From assembly GCF_036321535.1 (NCBI RefSeq), contig NC_087467.1, positions 2,666,001 through 2,730,000 of the forward strand: a DNA stretch of 64,000 nucleotides. The letters are read 5' to 3'. Each line of letters begins with the position of its first letter. Position 1 is the stretch's first letter. The stretch comes from Camelus dromedarius. Taxonomy: Eukaryota. Positions 1 to 11,235 of the stretch are shown here, in pieces. A program made the position numbers and the translations under genes. The notes beneath the pieces were generated by a model. It ran no database searches and was not told the DNA's origin. It saw nothing but the letters and a program-made list of their open reading frames with translations.

Positions 1-199
1 TCATTTTGCCAGGAGGAGGCTTCATTTCCTTATGAAGGTCCCTAATATCAGAAAAAAAAAAAAACTTAAATAAATAGGACTGCAATTTTCTCATTAATCT
101 ATCTCTTGTCAGTCAAATTTAGAGAGTCCCAGCTGGAGACTTTTGGAAAGTAGAAGGAAAAAAAATTCAATATGCTGATGGCGCCCACAGTTCAAGCCA

Positions 200-1100
200 A
201 ACCTAGCCTCTTCTTTGAGCTCCTGATTTACACGGCAACTGCTTACCTGATGCCACGCCTTGGATGACTCACAGACATCTCAAAATCAAGAGGACCCGAA
301 AGGCATTCTCAGTCTTCCCTTTTCTTCATTCTTGATCACAAACCTTATCCCAAAAGGCTGCCACCGTTCAGCCATCTGCTCAGCTTGCTTCCTTTCTCTC
401 GTCACCCAGCTCTATTCATGCGCACGTCCTGGTGTGTATATGGTTATGTGTGTTTCAGGCAAATACATTTCTCCCCGTCTCCCCTGCTCTGACCAGCTCC
501 ACGCCACTGCCATCGCCTCTCACCCAGACCACTGAAAGTTTCTTAACTCTTCTCCTATTTATATTCTTAGCCCCCTCAACCCGTTCCCTGTACCACCATT
601 GGAGTCATGTTTTTGAATAGTTGCATGATCATTTTGCATCTCCACTTAGCATCCGTTGACATCATCTCTTTCATTTTGAATCGCATTTTACTACATACAG
701 TGGCTCACAAAGCCCCTGACTCCCTTTCCAACCCCATCTCATGCCTCCGTTCCCCTCATTCACTCAGGGGCGATAGCCTCCCGGACTTCCTTTGAACACA
801 CGTGCGACATTCGTTTCCAGTTCAGGGTTTCTGCACGTCCTGTTCCCCTGCTCTTCCCAGGAGTGGCTCCTTCTCTGCCTTCATGTGTAAATGCAATGCC
901 ATCTCTTCCCAGAGATGTCCTCTGACCCCTGGGTACCACCGGGTTCCTCCCGGGGCTTCTCTCTGTCTCTGTGCCTGCCCTGCTTTTGCAACACAACACA
1001 GGAGGGCAGAGCATACATTTGTTGATTCTCTGAGCTCTCACCCAGTGTCCAGCAGTGCCTGCTGCATTTGAGTCCCTCAGTAAATATGCACTGAAGGAAG
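200..1100 (+). mobile_element. L2 LINE, degenerate 3' portion
   Basis: Pyrimidine-rich degenerate sequence ending in an L2-type terminus (cagtgcctg...ctcagtaaatatgcactgaagg); recognised by eye, boundaries approximate. Confidence 0.65.
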
Positions 1101-3808
1101 AAATTAAAAACAAAGAAGGGCTGATAAACCCTCATAACTAGCGTAACGGCTGCTTTTGAAGGAGGGCTTGAGAAGAGTAGGTAAATTGTCTTGATAAACT
1201 AGGAAGGGCTCGTTCATCCATACCGATGGCTTTCTTTGCAGAAAAAGTGGCTTTTGTGATTTGTAGGTACTTTACCGTATGTTCTTTGTTTGTCAAGCCA
1301 GTGACAATCTGCTTGTGACATGGAGAAAGCAAAGGTCACTTGAACAGACCCTCTGATCTGTTCAAGATCATGGCACTTCTTCTCTAACGAGCATGAAGAT
1401 TGCTGCTTGAAAACATTTGAGTGTCAGCGCATATCTTATGTTTACTTAATTCTGAAATGAAGATATTGATTCAAAACCACCTATCTATGTGCCAGGAACA
1501 ATCTTTTAAGACAGAGTTTACCTGGCTGGGCACATATTTGGGGCGTTGGCAATTGCTCCCTCGAGACGGAGGCTAAGTCTGCAGCTTGGGGTGGCTGCTC
1601 CCAGTAGGGTGTGCCTTGTCCATGTATGTAGCCAAAACATTTTAAAATTTAAATGTGCCATCGCTCTAACTGGATAATGAGAGATTATGAATCAAATAAG
1701 ACTAAAATATAAAAATAAAAAGCAACAAAGAATAAAACTTAGAACTGGTCCCAACAGCGGAGACTTCAGAGTGAGTCAGAAAATTTCAAAATTAAACAAG
1801 GCAGGAAGCTGTTCATCTTTGTGCTCTGTACAAAACAACTCTGGCCACCAATGTTTCCCATCACTCTCTGGGCTGCTCTGCAGGCTTTTGGCAACCTGCG
1901 TAACTTGGCCATTCTATTTTGTGCCAGTGGGAAAGGTGGGCTTACAAGAAGGAACGAAGTCCTGAATAAAATTTAACTAGAAAAAGAATGTAAGAGAGTA
2001 CAGGACGAAAGGAATTATGATGCTGAAGTTGCTAATCCAGTTGATTAAAAACACTTTCTTTATTTCAGCATTCTACACACACATCAAGTAGTTAATACAT
2101 TGAACAAACTTTTCCATATTTAAAATAACATTTTCCCAGGTCAGAATGATATGGGACACTGAAATAAATCCACAAGGACAACATCTTTCATTCTGAAGAA
2201 ATTACACCAATCCGTGGATATGAGAATATGTGATTATTGAACATGTTCAAAGCCAAAGAGTTAAAATGTGACTAATGGATGAGTTTTTACTGGACTCCAG
2301 GCCAAACCTTGTTCTCTGGAAGGAGGTGGGTAAGGATGTACGGTGTCAAAGATGTGGGAGGGGGCAGAAAGCAAGGAATCAGTGTGCGCACTGTTCAGAT
2401 GGGACATTTCAGATCCACAATCCAAGTGGCTTTAGGAGCAAATGTTTGCCTTTCTTCCACCTTTAATGCACCACCCAGAGATCTGCATTCTAGGGCCAGC
2501 TGTCTCTAACTGGAACCCTCAGAGCTTTCCAGTCCTATTTCCCACCACGCCTTCATACCAGTCATGTTCTTCTGCCACCTCCTGAAGGTAGTACCTCTCT
2601 GTTCTCGCACTTCTTTCTTGTCTTGAGTAGACATCTTTCCTCTCTTGCAATTGTTTATTCAAAGCAAACCCGTCCTCAGTGGCCCAGAGGATACCCCATA
2701 TCCTTTTATCAAACCTTTCCTGACCATTTCATTTGGAGGTAAAGTCCTTCTCCTTTGAATTCCTATAAAATAAATATTTGTGCAGTGCAATTGACATTTA
2801 GTCACACGCTGCCTTTTGACATGTCTTCTATTGCTATCTCCAACTCATATTTGCATTTTGAACTATTATTTTCACTTACTTTTCACAAAATTGGATTCTA
2901 AGTCTTGATGCCAACGTCCATGGCTGGTATTTACCTTGTAATTTTCACGGAACTCGGTACAGTGTTTTGTGAGCATCCATTTACAGCTGCTGCGTTCCTT
3001 TTTTTTCTTTTTTTTTCCTCCTTTCTTTTTCCTTTTTTCTTTTTTGGATCCTCCTGGACCTGCTAAATTTCCTGCACAAAAATCCTACAGGGAGGATTTT
3101 GTTTCAAACTCTCCAAACTCTTTTGGTCCAGATAGAGACATACTTGAATTTTGAACTTGGGTTTTTCAGTTTAATGTCTGCATCCCTCCACTTTCCTTCA
3201 AAGTCTACATTGCAGATTTTACTCCTGGGCGAAGACCAGCCATGGTGACCCAGGAAGGGGAAGGACTCTGGAAGTGAGAACGGGAGTAAGATTCCTTGGA
3301 AGGCTGTAGAAAATGTCTTCAACTTTCCTTTTTTTCCTGTTTGTTTGCATTTTTACCTTTCTGGGTATCTTTATTTGCTTGCATCACAAAGCGTGCGATC
3401 TGATTGACAGGAGCGGATTTTAGTGTTACTGGTATCCGGCAAGGGGGCTCCCGACACAGTCGTGCATTGAACTCAGGAGCGCAGACTTTTCAGACAGGCG
3501 TGTATCTGTCTCACTTAATAGGTGAGAACTTGGGACTTGGGGTGTTACCTAGGATGTCAGAACAAAAACTGCAGGACTGGCGTTTCGTTTTAAAAGAATA
3601 TAAAATTTGTTATATGTTGAACACAACAATAAACTCCTCCCTCTAAATAGGGATGAAGAAAGCTCTTTTTATCTCATTCCTGGTGCCCCCACGTCTTTCC
3701 ATCCCAACTCCAGTGAAGACACCGTTTCAACCATCCTGCAGTTTTAGGAAGAACAAAAGGTGGCAGCCGATGAGGCTTTATGATACGTAAGAAGAATCAC
3801 ATGAGATG

Positions 3809-3841
3809 AGTTGGGAGTATAGTCATTCTATACTCCCAACT
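3809..3841. repeat. Perfect 14 bp inverted repeat with 5 nt loop
   Basis: agttgggagtatag (3809-3822) / tcatt / ctatactcccaact (3828-3841). Confidence 0.95.
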
Positions 3842-3949
3842 ATAGCCAGGTCCCTGGCCATACTTTTTCTTCTTTGCTGTTCAAGCCCTGTGCACTGTCA
3901 GGCTCTTTGGTTAGGATCTGTGCGAGCAGTCAGATTTGACAGGTGCTGA

Positions 3950-4440
3950 TCATCTGGGTTACGGAGAGGGAGCCCGGGAGAGGGTGTGCTGTAATGACAG
4001 GAAGTCACGGAGCAGCAATACGCAGTGCGGGGCAGCTCAAAACCCTCTCCCTGAGAGCTGAGAAAACTGCGCATCAAGCAAGCAGTGTCGGCCTGTGTGG
4101 AGCGGTCACCGGCTACTTCAGTGACAATGTTGCTAGGATCTGAAACTCCAGATGCACTGTTATTGTGAAAGTGAGATTTCATATGTGGGGAGGAAAAAAA
4201 AAAAAGGAAAAAAAAATAAATGGAAGAAAGAAAGAGAAGGGAAGAAAGGAAAGAAAAGTCCGGAAAACAGTCAGTCCCTGGTGCTTTTCCCGGGCCTTGG
4301 AGGCATAGAGATGACATCACCAGCAGCCAATCAGAGCTCTCCAGTTTTGTCCAGGTTCCGAAGCCATGGCATCATCGCCGATGTGGCCCAGAAATGAAAA
4401 TAGAACTCTCTCTAAATATACAACAATGAGAGTCAAGCAC
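3950..4440 (+). promoter_or_regulatory. Candidate promoter: ETS, CRE/AP-1-like, CCAAT and TATA-like motifs
   Basis: CAGGAAGT 3998-4005, TGACATCA 4312-4319, AGCCAATCAG around CCAAT 4327-4331, TAAATATA 4413-4420; CpG retained; no repeat recognised; donor AAA|GTGAGA at 4170/4171. Confidence 0.45.
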
Positions 4441-4859
4441 TGCTTTAAAGGATGTGAGAACCAAGAAAAAAACTCCTTAAATCAGAATCCTCCTTTCATG
4501 AAGGGTCCGTAAATCTAGATTTTGGCTCCTGGAGCCACTAACCTTGGTGTTGCATTTAATCTTTAGAAACCGGCAGTCAGAACTAATGAATGCACCACCG
4601 AGACCACCACCCAGTCATTCCAGCCGCTCCTGGATGTGGGACAGAGGCAGCAGTGGGGTCACGGCCACAGGGTCAGGGGGACAGTCTGCCTGGGTGGGGG
4701 CCAGCATGGGGATGCAGGGCTCCTCGGGAAGGTGGGTAAGTGGCTGTCATTGTCAGTAGGTTCCATTTAGCTAAAAGCACAGTTTACAGTTGTTGAAGGT
4801 TGATTGATCTGTTGATAAACACTAATGTTTTCCAGTTGACAATTTCTCCGTGTTAATTT

Positions 4860-5760
4860 CTTTAATGCTGGCAGACCTGCCTGGCAAGGCCCTATAAATA
4901 GTACCGGTGTCATCATCCTTTTTAAGTTATTAATGAGCCATCGTGCTTCAAGGGGCTGGGGTTTGGGGACAGGTTGTGCTTGACTGCAGTTTCTGACATT
5001 GACACGTTAGCATTTGGAACTTGCTTGAGATGAGAACATGTTTCTTAAAAAAAAATCACAGCACTGGCCAAAAGCATCCATAATAAAAGAGACTTGTTTA
5101 TAATTAGTGACTAATTAAACTTTGGAGAGAGGAATAAACTGCCAAGGCCCTTCACGCAGCATGTCCTTGATGCGGGGGCATCAGCACTGTCCCCACCTCG
5201 ACTGCAGCTGCCCTCTGCTGTCTTTGCGCCTTCCCTCTGCACATACACTGTTATCACTGAGATGAATGAACTCCTGCCTCTGGAAATCAGCTCTGGCCCA
5301 GACGGTTCTGTCTGCCAACTGGTGGCAGGGGACCAGAGCAGACTTCTCCAATTAGCAGAGTCCCCCATCAGGCAGCCGGACGGACGCACTGTGTTTATGT
5401 TTGCGGACAGCCTCTCCGGCTGAGGTCTCCTGCGCCGAGAAGTAGAATTCTAAAGGTGAGACAGACAAACGGACAAGGTGGCGTGATATCCTTGGAAGGC
5501 CTTCTCTTGATTCACCTCTTCTTACTCCTTCGGGGCGATGCAGGTTTGCACCCGAGGCATTGCGCGATAGCATGGGGGAGATGATTTGCATCGTGGCGGC
5601 AGGAGCACGGGATGGGGGGGGTTGCTTTCTAACTGACATCAATACAAACGGACACGTGGCCAAGCTGGGTTTGTTATTGCAATAACTCAGGTGTATCTCT
5701 GGTCTTCAGCTCTTGCATTGCACAGAAATGACTCTAAGACCCTTGCTGGGCCAGGATTTT
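4860..5760. promoter_or_regulatory. Candidate enhancer or alternative promoter with a weak CpG island at about 5340-5670
   Basis: CTATAAATAG 4892-4901 (MEF2/TATA), about 20 CpGs in ~330 bp by eye, ATTTGCAT 5584-5591, CACGTG 5653-5658, donor AAG|GTGAGA at 5455/5456. Confidence 0.45.
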
Positions 5761-8505
5761 CTATCTAAATGCTCGTCTCCAGACCCTCCTTTTAGTTATT
5801 CCATTTCCTTCATTCTGAAATACTAGTTTCTAATTACATTTAACCATTTTATTTGGAGTTGATTTTGGACTATTAACTCATGAGTAAATGCCTTCCTATT
5901 CTGGTTTCAAAAGTTCCTTTGTGTGTTTTCAAAATAATTGTGTGAATTTGTTCCCACCCAACAATCTACACTCAGAAGATCCTTCTTTGATATCCCAGTA
6001 TCAGGAGATGCAGGGGCTGATGCTCTGCTGTCCCAGTGTCAATACATGTGACCTGACAGCCTGCGAGGATGAACGCATAGAGAAGAATGTATACATTCAG
6101 TGTCCACTAAGGAGATTTAGCTCAGCCGAACCAAACTTGGTTTTCTCTGCTGGGTCTACCTACTTCTCATTCCTCAGCAAAAATAACTTAGGGACTAAGG
6201 TACAGCTGATAAAGCAATTTCTTATAATGATCGAATTATCTGCCATCTAAAGAATATTATGGAAAATCTAGGTTGGTAACTTTCTGTGAACCCACAACTT
6301 CCAGTATATAATCATTAGCCATAAACTGGTACCAAAGAAACAAATGTCTGAGCTCACCAATCAATTATATTTAGAAGCACTGAAATGTTTTTGAAAGTAA
6401 ACATCACTAATCTGTTCGCAGTTATAATGAGAAATGGTTTCATAATACTGAGATGTGCCTCCTTATAAAGGGAGATAGTTTGAGATATTTAGGGAATACG
6501 TGTAAATTAGTGAAAATTAGTCGAGGTAACATCATATAACAGGAGGCTTGATTAAGCTGAGATGTGATTGTAAAGCAACGGCAGTCAGAAGGAAGAGAAG
6601 AAGCGGAGAAACAATCGGGCTCATGTTTTCCTGGGTGGATTCTGGCGTGGCCGTCACGGTAATCCCACGATAAGAATGACCAAATGATCAGAGTGGTGAC
6701 AGCCTTACCGGGGCAGCTGTATGTCCTCACCAGCAAACTAATGTGAAGAGGACACACACTCCATTAAGAATGTGCAAAGGAATATCAGAAATATCCGCAC
6801 ATAGCCACTGTCCATCCCTCAAGCATCACTACCAGAAATCTGTCCAAAGCAATCGCTGGCCGCCAAAAGGCACTGGTGGTGACTGAAGAAATTGTGGACA
6901 AACAAAGAGGATGAAGCAGTTATGTTCATTTGGTCCAAAAAAAGCCCTAGTAACACTAATAATATGGTGAGAAAGAAGTGGCATGTTGCCATAATTCAGA
7001 ATTACAAAGAGCAATATGGATATTAGATAAAGCATGTGACTGAGAATCCGGGTAACTTGCAACAGTCAAGTGCTCTGGGCTTTTTCTTGCTCATTTTCAA
7101 AACAAGAGGTGTAACAGATCATTCCTATTAGCATTAATGGCCTCAGTATTGTATTATTTTTGTGTTTAACTATCTGAGTTGTGTGTGTTTATATGTATAT
7201 ATACCCATGTGTATATGTATATAAATTTTGTATATAACCACTTAAATCATACCATATACACATATGCACAAATACGTAACATATGCATATTTATTCGCGT
7301 GTGCACATATGTATGAAGAAACGCATGGCCGATCTGATGGGAAATCCTCTCTCTGAAACCCAGGTACAGCGAACCAGTCACTGCAATCATCTTCCTCTTT
7401 ACAGCCGTAGTTTTAATACGTCTCGTGGCAGTCTCCAAAGGAAGTCCGTATTTTTACATTTCAGAATACATTTCTCCACCCCCAGATTCTTTTGCGATTT
7501 GATTAAAATGTCTTTTCTCAGATGTAGAACAATTTAAAGCAGTTGAAACAAGTAAGGAAAAAAATCTGTTTTAGGGTGCTTAATCCATCCCCTCAGGTTT
7601 CGTGACTCAAAGTAACGTTAGAGGTGAAACGGGATTTACGTGGGGGCTTGGGGGGAGGGGAGAGGGTATACGGTCAGTTGTCCTCTCTCTTGGCCTTGGT
7701 CTAAGGCCCCCTTCTGCTCAACAGGACCTCAGGGAGTGTTGTTGGGGAGCCCAGTACTCCGCTTTCTCCTCACTGAGGCACTCCCCAGCAACCTTAAATC
7801 AGCAGTGATCATACTCCTGGTAATGTACCAGGAAACACAACTAGACTTTTTTCCCCTAACAGTTCAACTTTAGGATAAGAAGGGGCAAATTACAAAGAAG
7901 GAAATGTCACCAGGGATTTAAATTTTGTTTTGTTAAACACATTCCCCTGGCTGTAGGCTTTGGCTGTTACTTGATCAGACTATTACCCACACCAGATTTT
8001 TGGAAAGAAATGCCCTACCTTCCTGAGATAACAAACATAGGTGTGTTATTACCTGAAATCCACACTGCCTGCTGTCACAGAGCCTCCTCTCACCGAGTAC
8101 AGTAACCTCCTGCTCGCTCCATCTCTGGGAGAGCAGGACACTGGACTCCGACACAGGCTCCCCTGTGCAAGAAAGCAGACAAGGGCCCTGTCCCCTCCTG
8201 GTGGGGGAGGCTCTATTCACAGATCCCTCCTCACCTGGTAAGGACAGTGCATTGTCATCTCAACACCCCCCCTCACCTAGAACACCTCTCCATGTGAACG
8301 TTCCCCTTCAGATGTTATCCATTCTGTATCACCACCCACTGGCAATTTGACAGTGACCAAAGGATAGCTATGATGCCCAGAATGAACCAATGGTTACACC
8401 ATCATCAAAGAATGATGCAATTATAGTGATCTAAAACCCCTGATTGAAACAGAAATAGGACCTAGCAGAGTGCTTAGAATAGTTGCTCAACATATATGTA
8501 TATAT

Positions 8506-8553
8506 AGAGAGAAAGACAGAGAGACAGAGAGACAGAGACAGAGACAGAGAGAG
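8506..8553. repeat. (GAGACA)n/(GA)n microsatellite
   Basis: Direct reading. Confidence 0.9.
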
Positions 8554-9010
8554 CTAATTATTTGAAAGAGGGTCAGTACTTCCCAATGAAGAGCTGAAAG
8601 AAAGGAGAAAAGAATTTTAGTTTAACACTATCATCCAGAAATTTAATAATCCCTATCTAATCCAAGTTTTATAATTTCTGCTACTTGATTTCAATCTGAA
8701 TTGCTTTCTCTGTATTATCTTCTCCATAAAAAAATAATTATTCAGTGTCTAGCAGATACGTGTTTTGGAAGTTATCAATGCTGACAGGACATGCCATATT
8801 TATAAGCCTGAATGGTAGCCTATTGTGTACCAGAAGGAAAGCCTCCAGAAAGTTTACCTAAATCTAGAAAAAAAGATTCCTGGTGAGTTTAGAATGCTTG
8901 GCTAATTTCAATCACTAGGTTTAGCCATTAAGCCCTCCACACAGATTTTAGAGGTGTTCTAATGAATGCCTTGCCAGGATGCCAGAGTGATGAAGTCTGT
9001 ATTAAAATTT

Positions 9011-9310
9011 TGCAAAACAGGAACAGACTCTCAGACTTAGTAAACAATCTTATGGTTACTGGGGAAAGGGGATGGGAGGGGATAAATTTGGGGGTTTGAT
9101 ATTTGCAGATGTTAGCCACTGTATATAAAAATAGATTTTTTAAAAAATGTGTCTTTTGTATAGCCCAGGGAACTATGCTTAATATCTTGTAATAATCTTT
9201 AATGAAAAAAAAAATGGGAAAGCGGGTATATGTGTGTATTTGCAGGACTGGGACATTGTGCTGTACACCGGAAATTGACACCATGCAATTGACTTCACTT
9301 CAATTAAAAA
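9011..9310 (+). mobile_element. L1 3' UTR fragment, cetartiodactyl/camelid type, older subfamily
   Basis: aacagactctcagac...G-rich tract...gtatagcccagggaactat...ttgtgctgtacaccggaaattgacac...caattaaaaaa; aligns by eye with the other L1 3' ends in the window. Confidence 0.85.
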
Positions 9311-10329
9311 ATGTAATAAGTAAATACAATTGTATTAAGGAGAAGGAAGGTCACTACCACTTGTTCTTATTGTGTGTCTAGAAGGACACGAAGGGGAAGG
9401 GTCTCCTGATTTCTCACCTAGTGATTTTTTTCTGTGATTGTGGTGCGTTCGCTCACATGAGTGGCACTTGCGAAACTCCACAAATTCCAACCGTGTGGAC
9501 TTGTGTATGATGTGAAATGGATGGCTGGTAGGCCCTGTGTGTTACTGCCTCTTCCATCCTGGGAGTGGCATATACTTAGAGGAACACCACCAATGCCTCG
9601 GGATAAACAGCCTTAAAACCTTCCACTCCGAGAAAGAAACTGCGTGTTCCAGCAAGTTAAAGCCTTCCTGGGACACGCGATGCTCTGTTTCCTGCTCTTC
9701 TCTGGGCTCCCAAATGCCCGCATGGCCCCACCGAGAATGCTTCACATACTTTCCTGTCTATTCACTGATTGTTCAAGTGTAGTGACCTTGTCCAGTGTGA
9801 CTGTCAGTGCCTCCCGGCTAGGACCCCGTCCTCTTCTTACCCCCGTCACCAGGAAAATCCTAGGAATGCCATTGACACAAACAATCCATTGAATTACTGG
9901 TTAATTGATTAAAACACACAAATTTACAAATCATATTTTAAATGTGGGTTATGCTTCTAGTTTGGGTGGCATTTTGGCAGGATAATGACATCATGAAGGG
10001 TCAGGAGTCAAACAATAAAATAATGCCTCAAATGTCGGCCAGCTGCCAGGTAATCTATTTCCCCCAAGCCCACAAAATTGTTATTTAAGAAAACGACTTT
10101 GTCTTCCCCGGGACAATTTTGAGAACATGAACATAATTAGAAGAATAATATAAAGCTCAGAAAATTGCTATTGAAGAAAATTAAGGATTTCAACCCGAGA
10201 TACTAGGTTCAGTTTTTATCTCCAGGCAAAAAAGCCCTGTTAAGTGTCCAACTCTTCAGTGTCAGGTATAGTCTTTACCCCCAGCCAGACTCATAAATGA
10301 GTGTTTACGGTCCTGCATTAGAAGAACCT

Positions 10330-10715
10330 TCATTTTGTATGAAGGGTTTGCTAGCATGAGGGGCTGATGATGGGAGGAACCTTAACAAGGAACTCAAGGA
10401 AAGAGATTTAAATAAAGGGGGTACTTACAGAAGCACAGCTGGGGTAGGGGGACCAGCAGGGCATATTAAAGCCCGCAAGGGCTAATGGCTATTTGAAACT
10501 GATATCATTTCCAGGTCTGAAGACTCACAGGGAGGAAATAGTGTTCTTGGACCCCAAGGAGAGCTAGAACGGTGGAGAACGGACCACTCAGAGGGGACTG
10601 CCGTCATGGAGAGATGCGGCCACTGCTAGAGACGCAGTTTTAAAGCAGGAAGGAATCTGTCCCTCTTCCTGCTTTTTGTCTTCCTATTTGTGCCTCCTTC
10701 TAACTTAACTGGGAA
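10330..10715. mobile_element. Ancient ERVL-class LTR fragment (LTR16/LTR33-like)
   Basis: Resemblance to old LTR consensus (gggaggaaatagtgtt...ccccaaggagagct...ccactgct...cttcctgc); family assignment uncertain. Confidence 0.4.
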
Positions 10716-11039
10716 CCAGTTCTGATCACATGTCATCAGCCAAAATAAGTCATACGATCAAGCTTGATATAAGCCGGGCTGCAAAGCCCAGTCCTCACCC
10801 AGGCCAGGACAGGTCAGCTTTGTGACCCACAATACCGTCCCCCGAGCCCACTGAGCCCGAAGATGCTGGGATTGGAAGCAAATGCTCGAGCTCTCTGGCC
10901 ACGAGGGGAGTGATACAGCGTGCTGGTTGGCTGTTTAAGGACACGTTCACAGCCCGTATTCCAGCATCTTGTCCTTGCAGGGCACTGTGTCTCAGACGGC
11001 TTCTCTGACCTTCCTAAAAACACAGGCAACGTATTCCTC

Positions 11040-11235
11040 CTCCGTCATGCCATTTCCCCCTTTGCCCTTTGACATCCATCTTCTGACCTTCTCTCTATTG
11101 TTTTTTTGGTCCAACAGGCTGGCTTCTGCGGCTTGCTTTGTCTTGCTCCCTTCTGTTTGGACCCAGCCAATGGGAAGCCCTGGTTGAAACTCAGAGGGCA
11201 AGATCTGAGAGAGAATCGGGCCCATGCTTTTCCCC
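11040..11235. mobile_element. Ancient ERVL-class LTR fragment (LTR16-like)
   Basis: cagccaatgggaagccctgg...cagagggcaaga...gagagaatcggg...ttttcccc resembles LTR16-type sequence. Confidence 0.4.

Noticed and set aside
1339-1366. 10 bp hairpin cttgaacaga/tctgttcaag (also an 11 bp stem near 10643-10676 and 8 bp stems near 22271 and 32345)
   Set aside because: Stems of 8-11 bp are near chance expectation for 64 kb
3898-4320. 140 aa minus-strand ORF with a hydrophobic stretch
   Set aside because: The Phe/Leu/Ser-rich pseudo-transmembrane part is just the translated polypurine tract at about 4190-4260
5314-5330. CTCF-like ccaactggtggcag
   Set aside because: Two mismatches in the core consensus; not supportable without ChIP data
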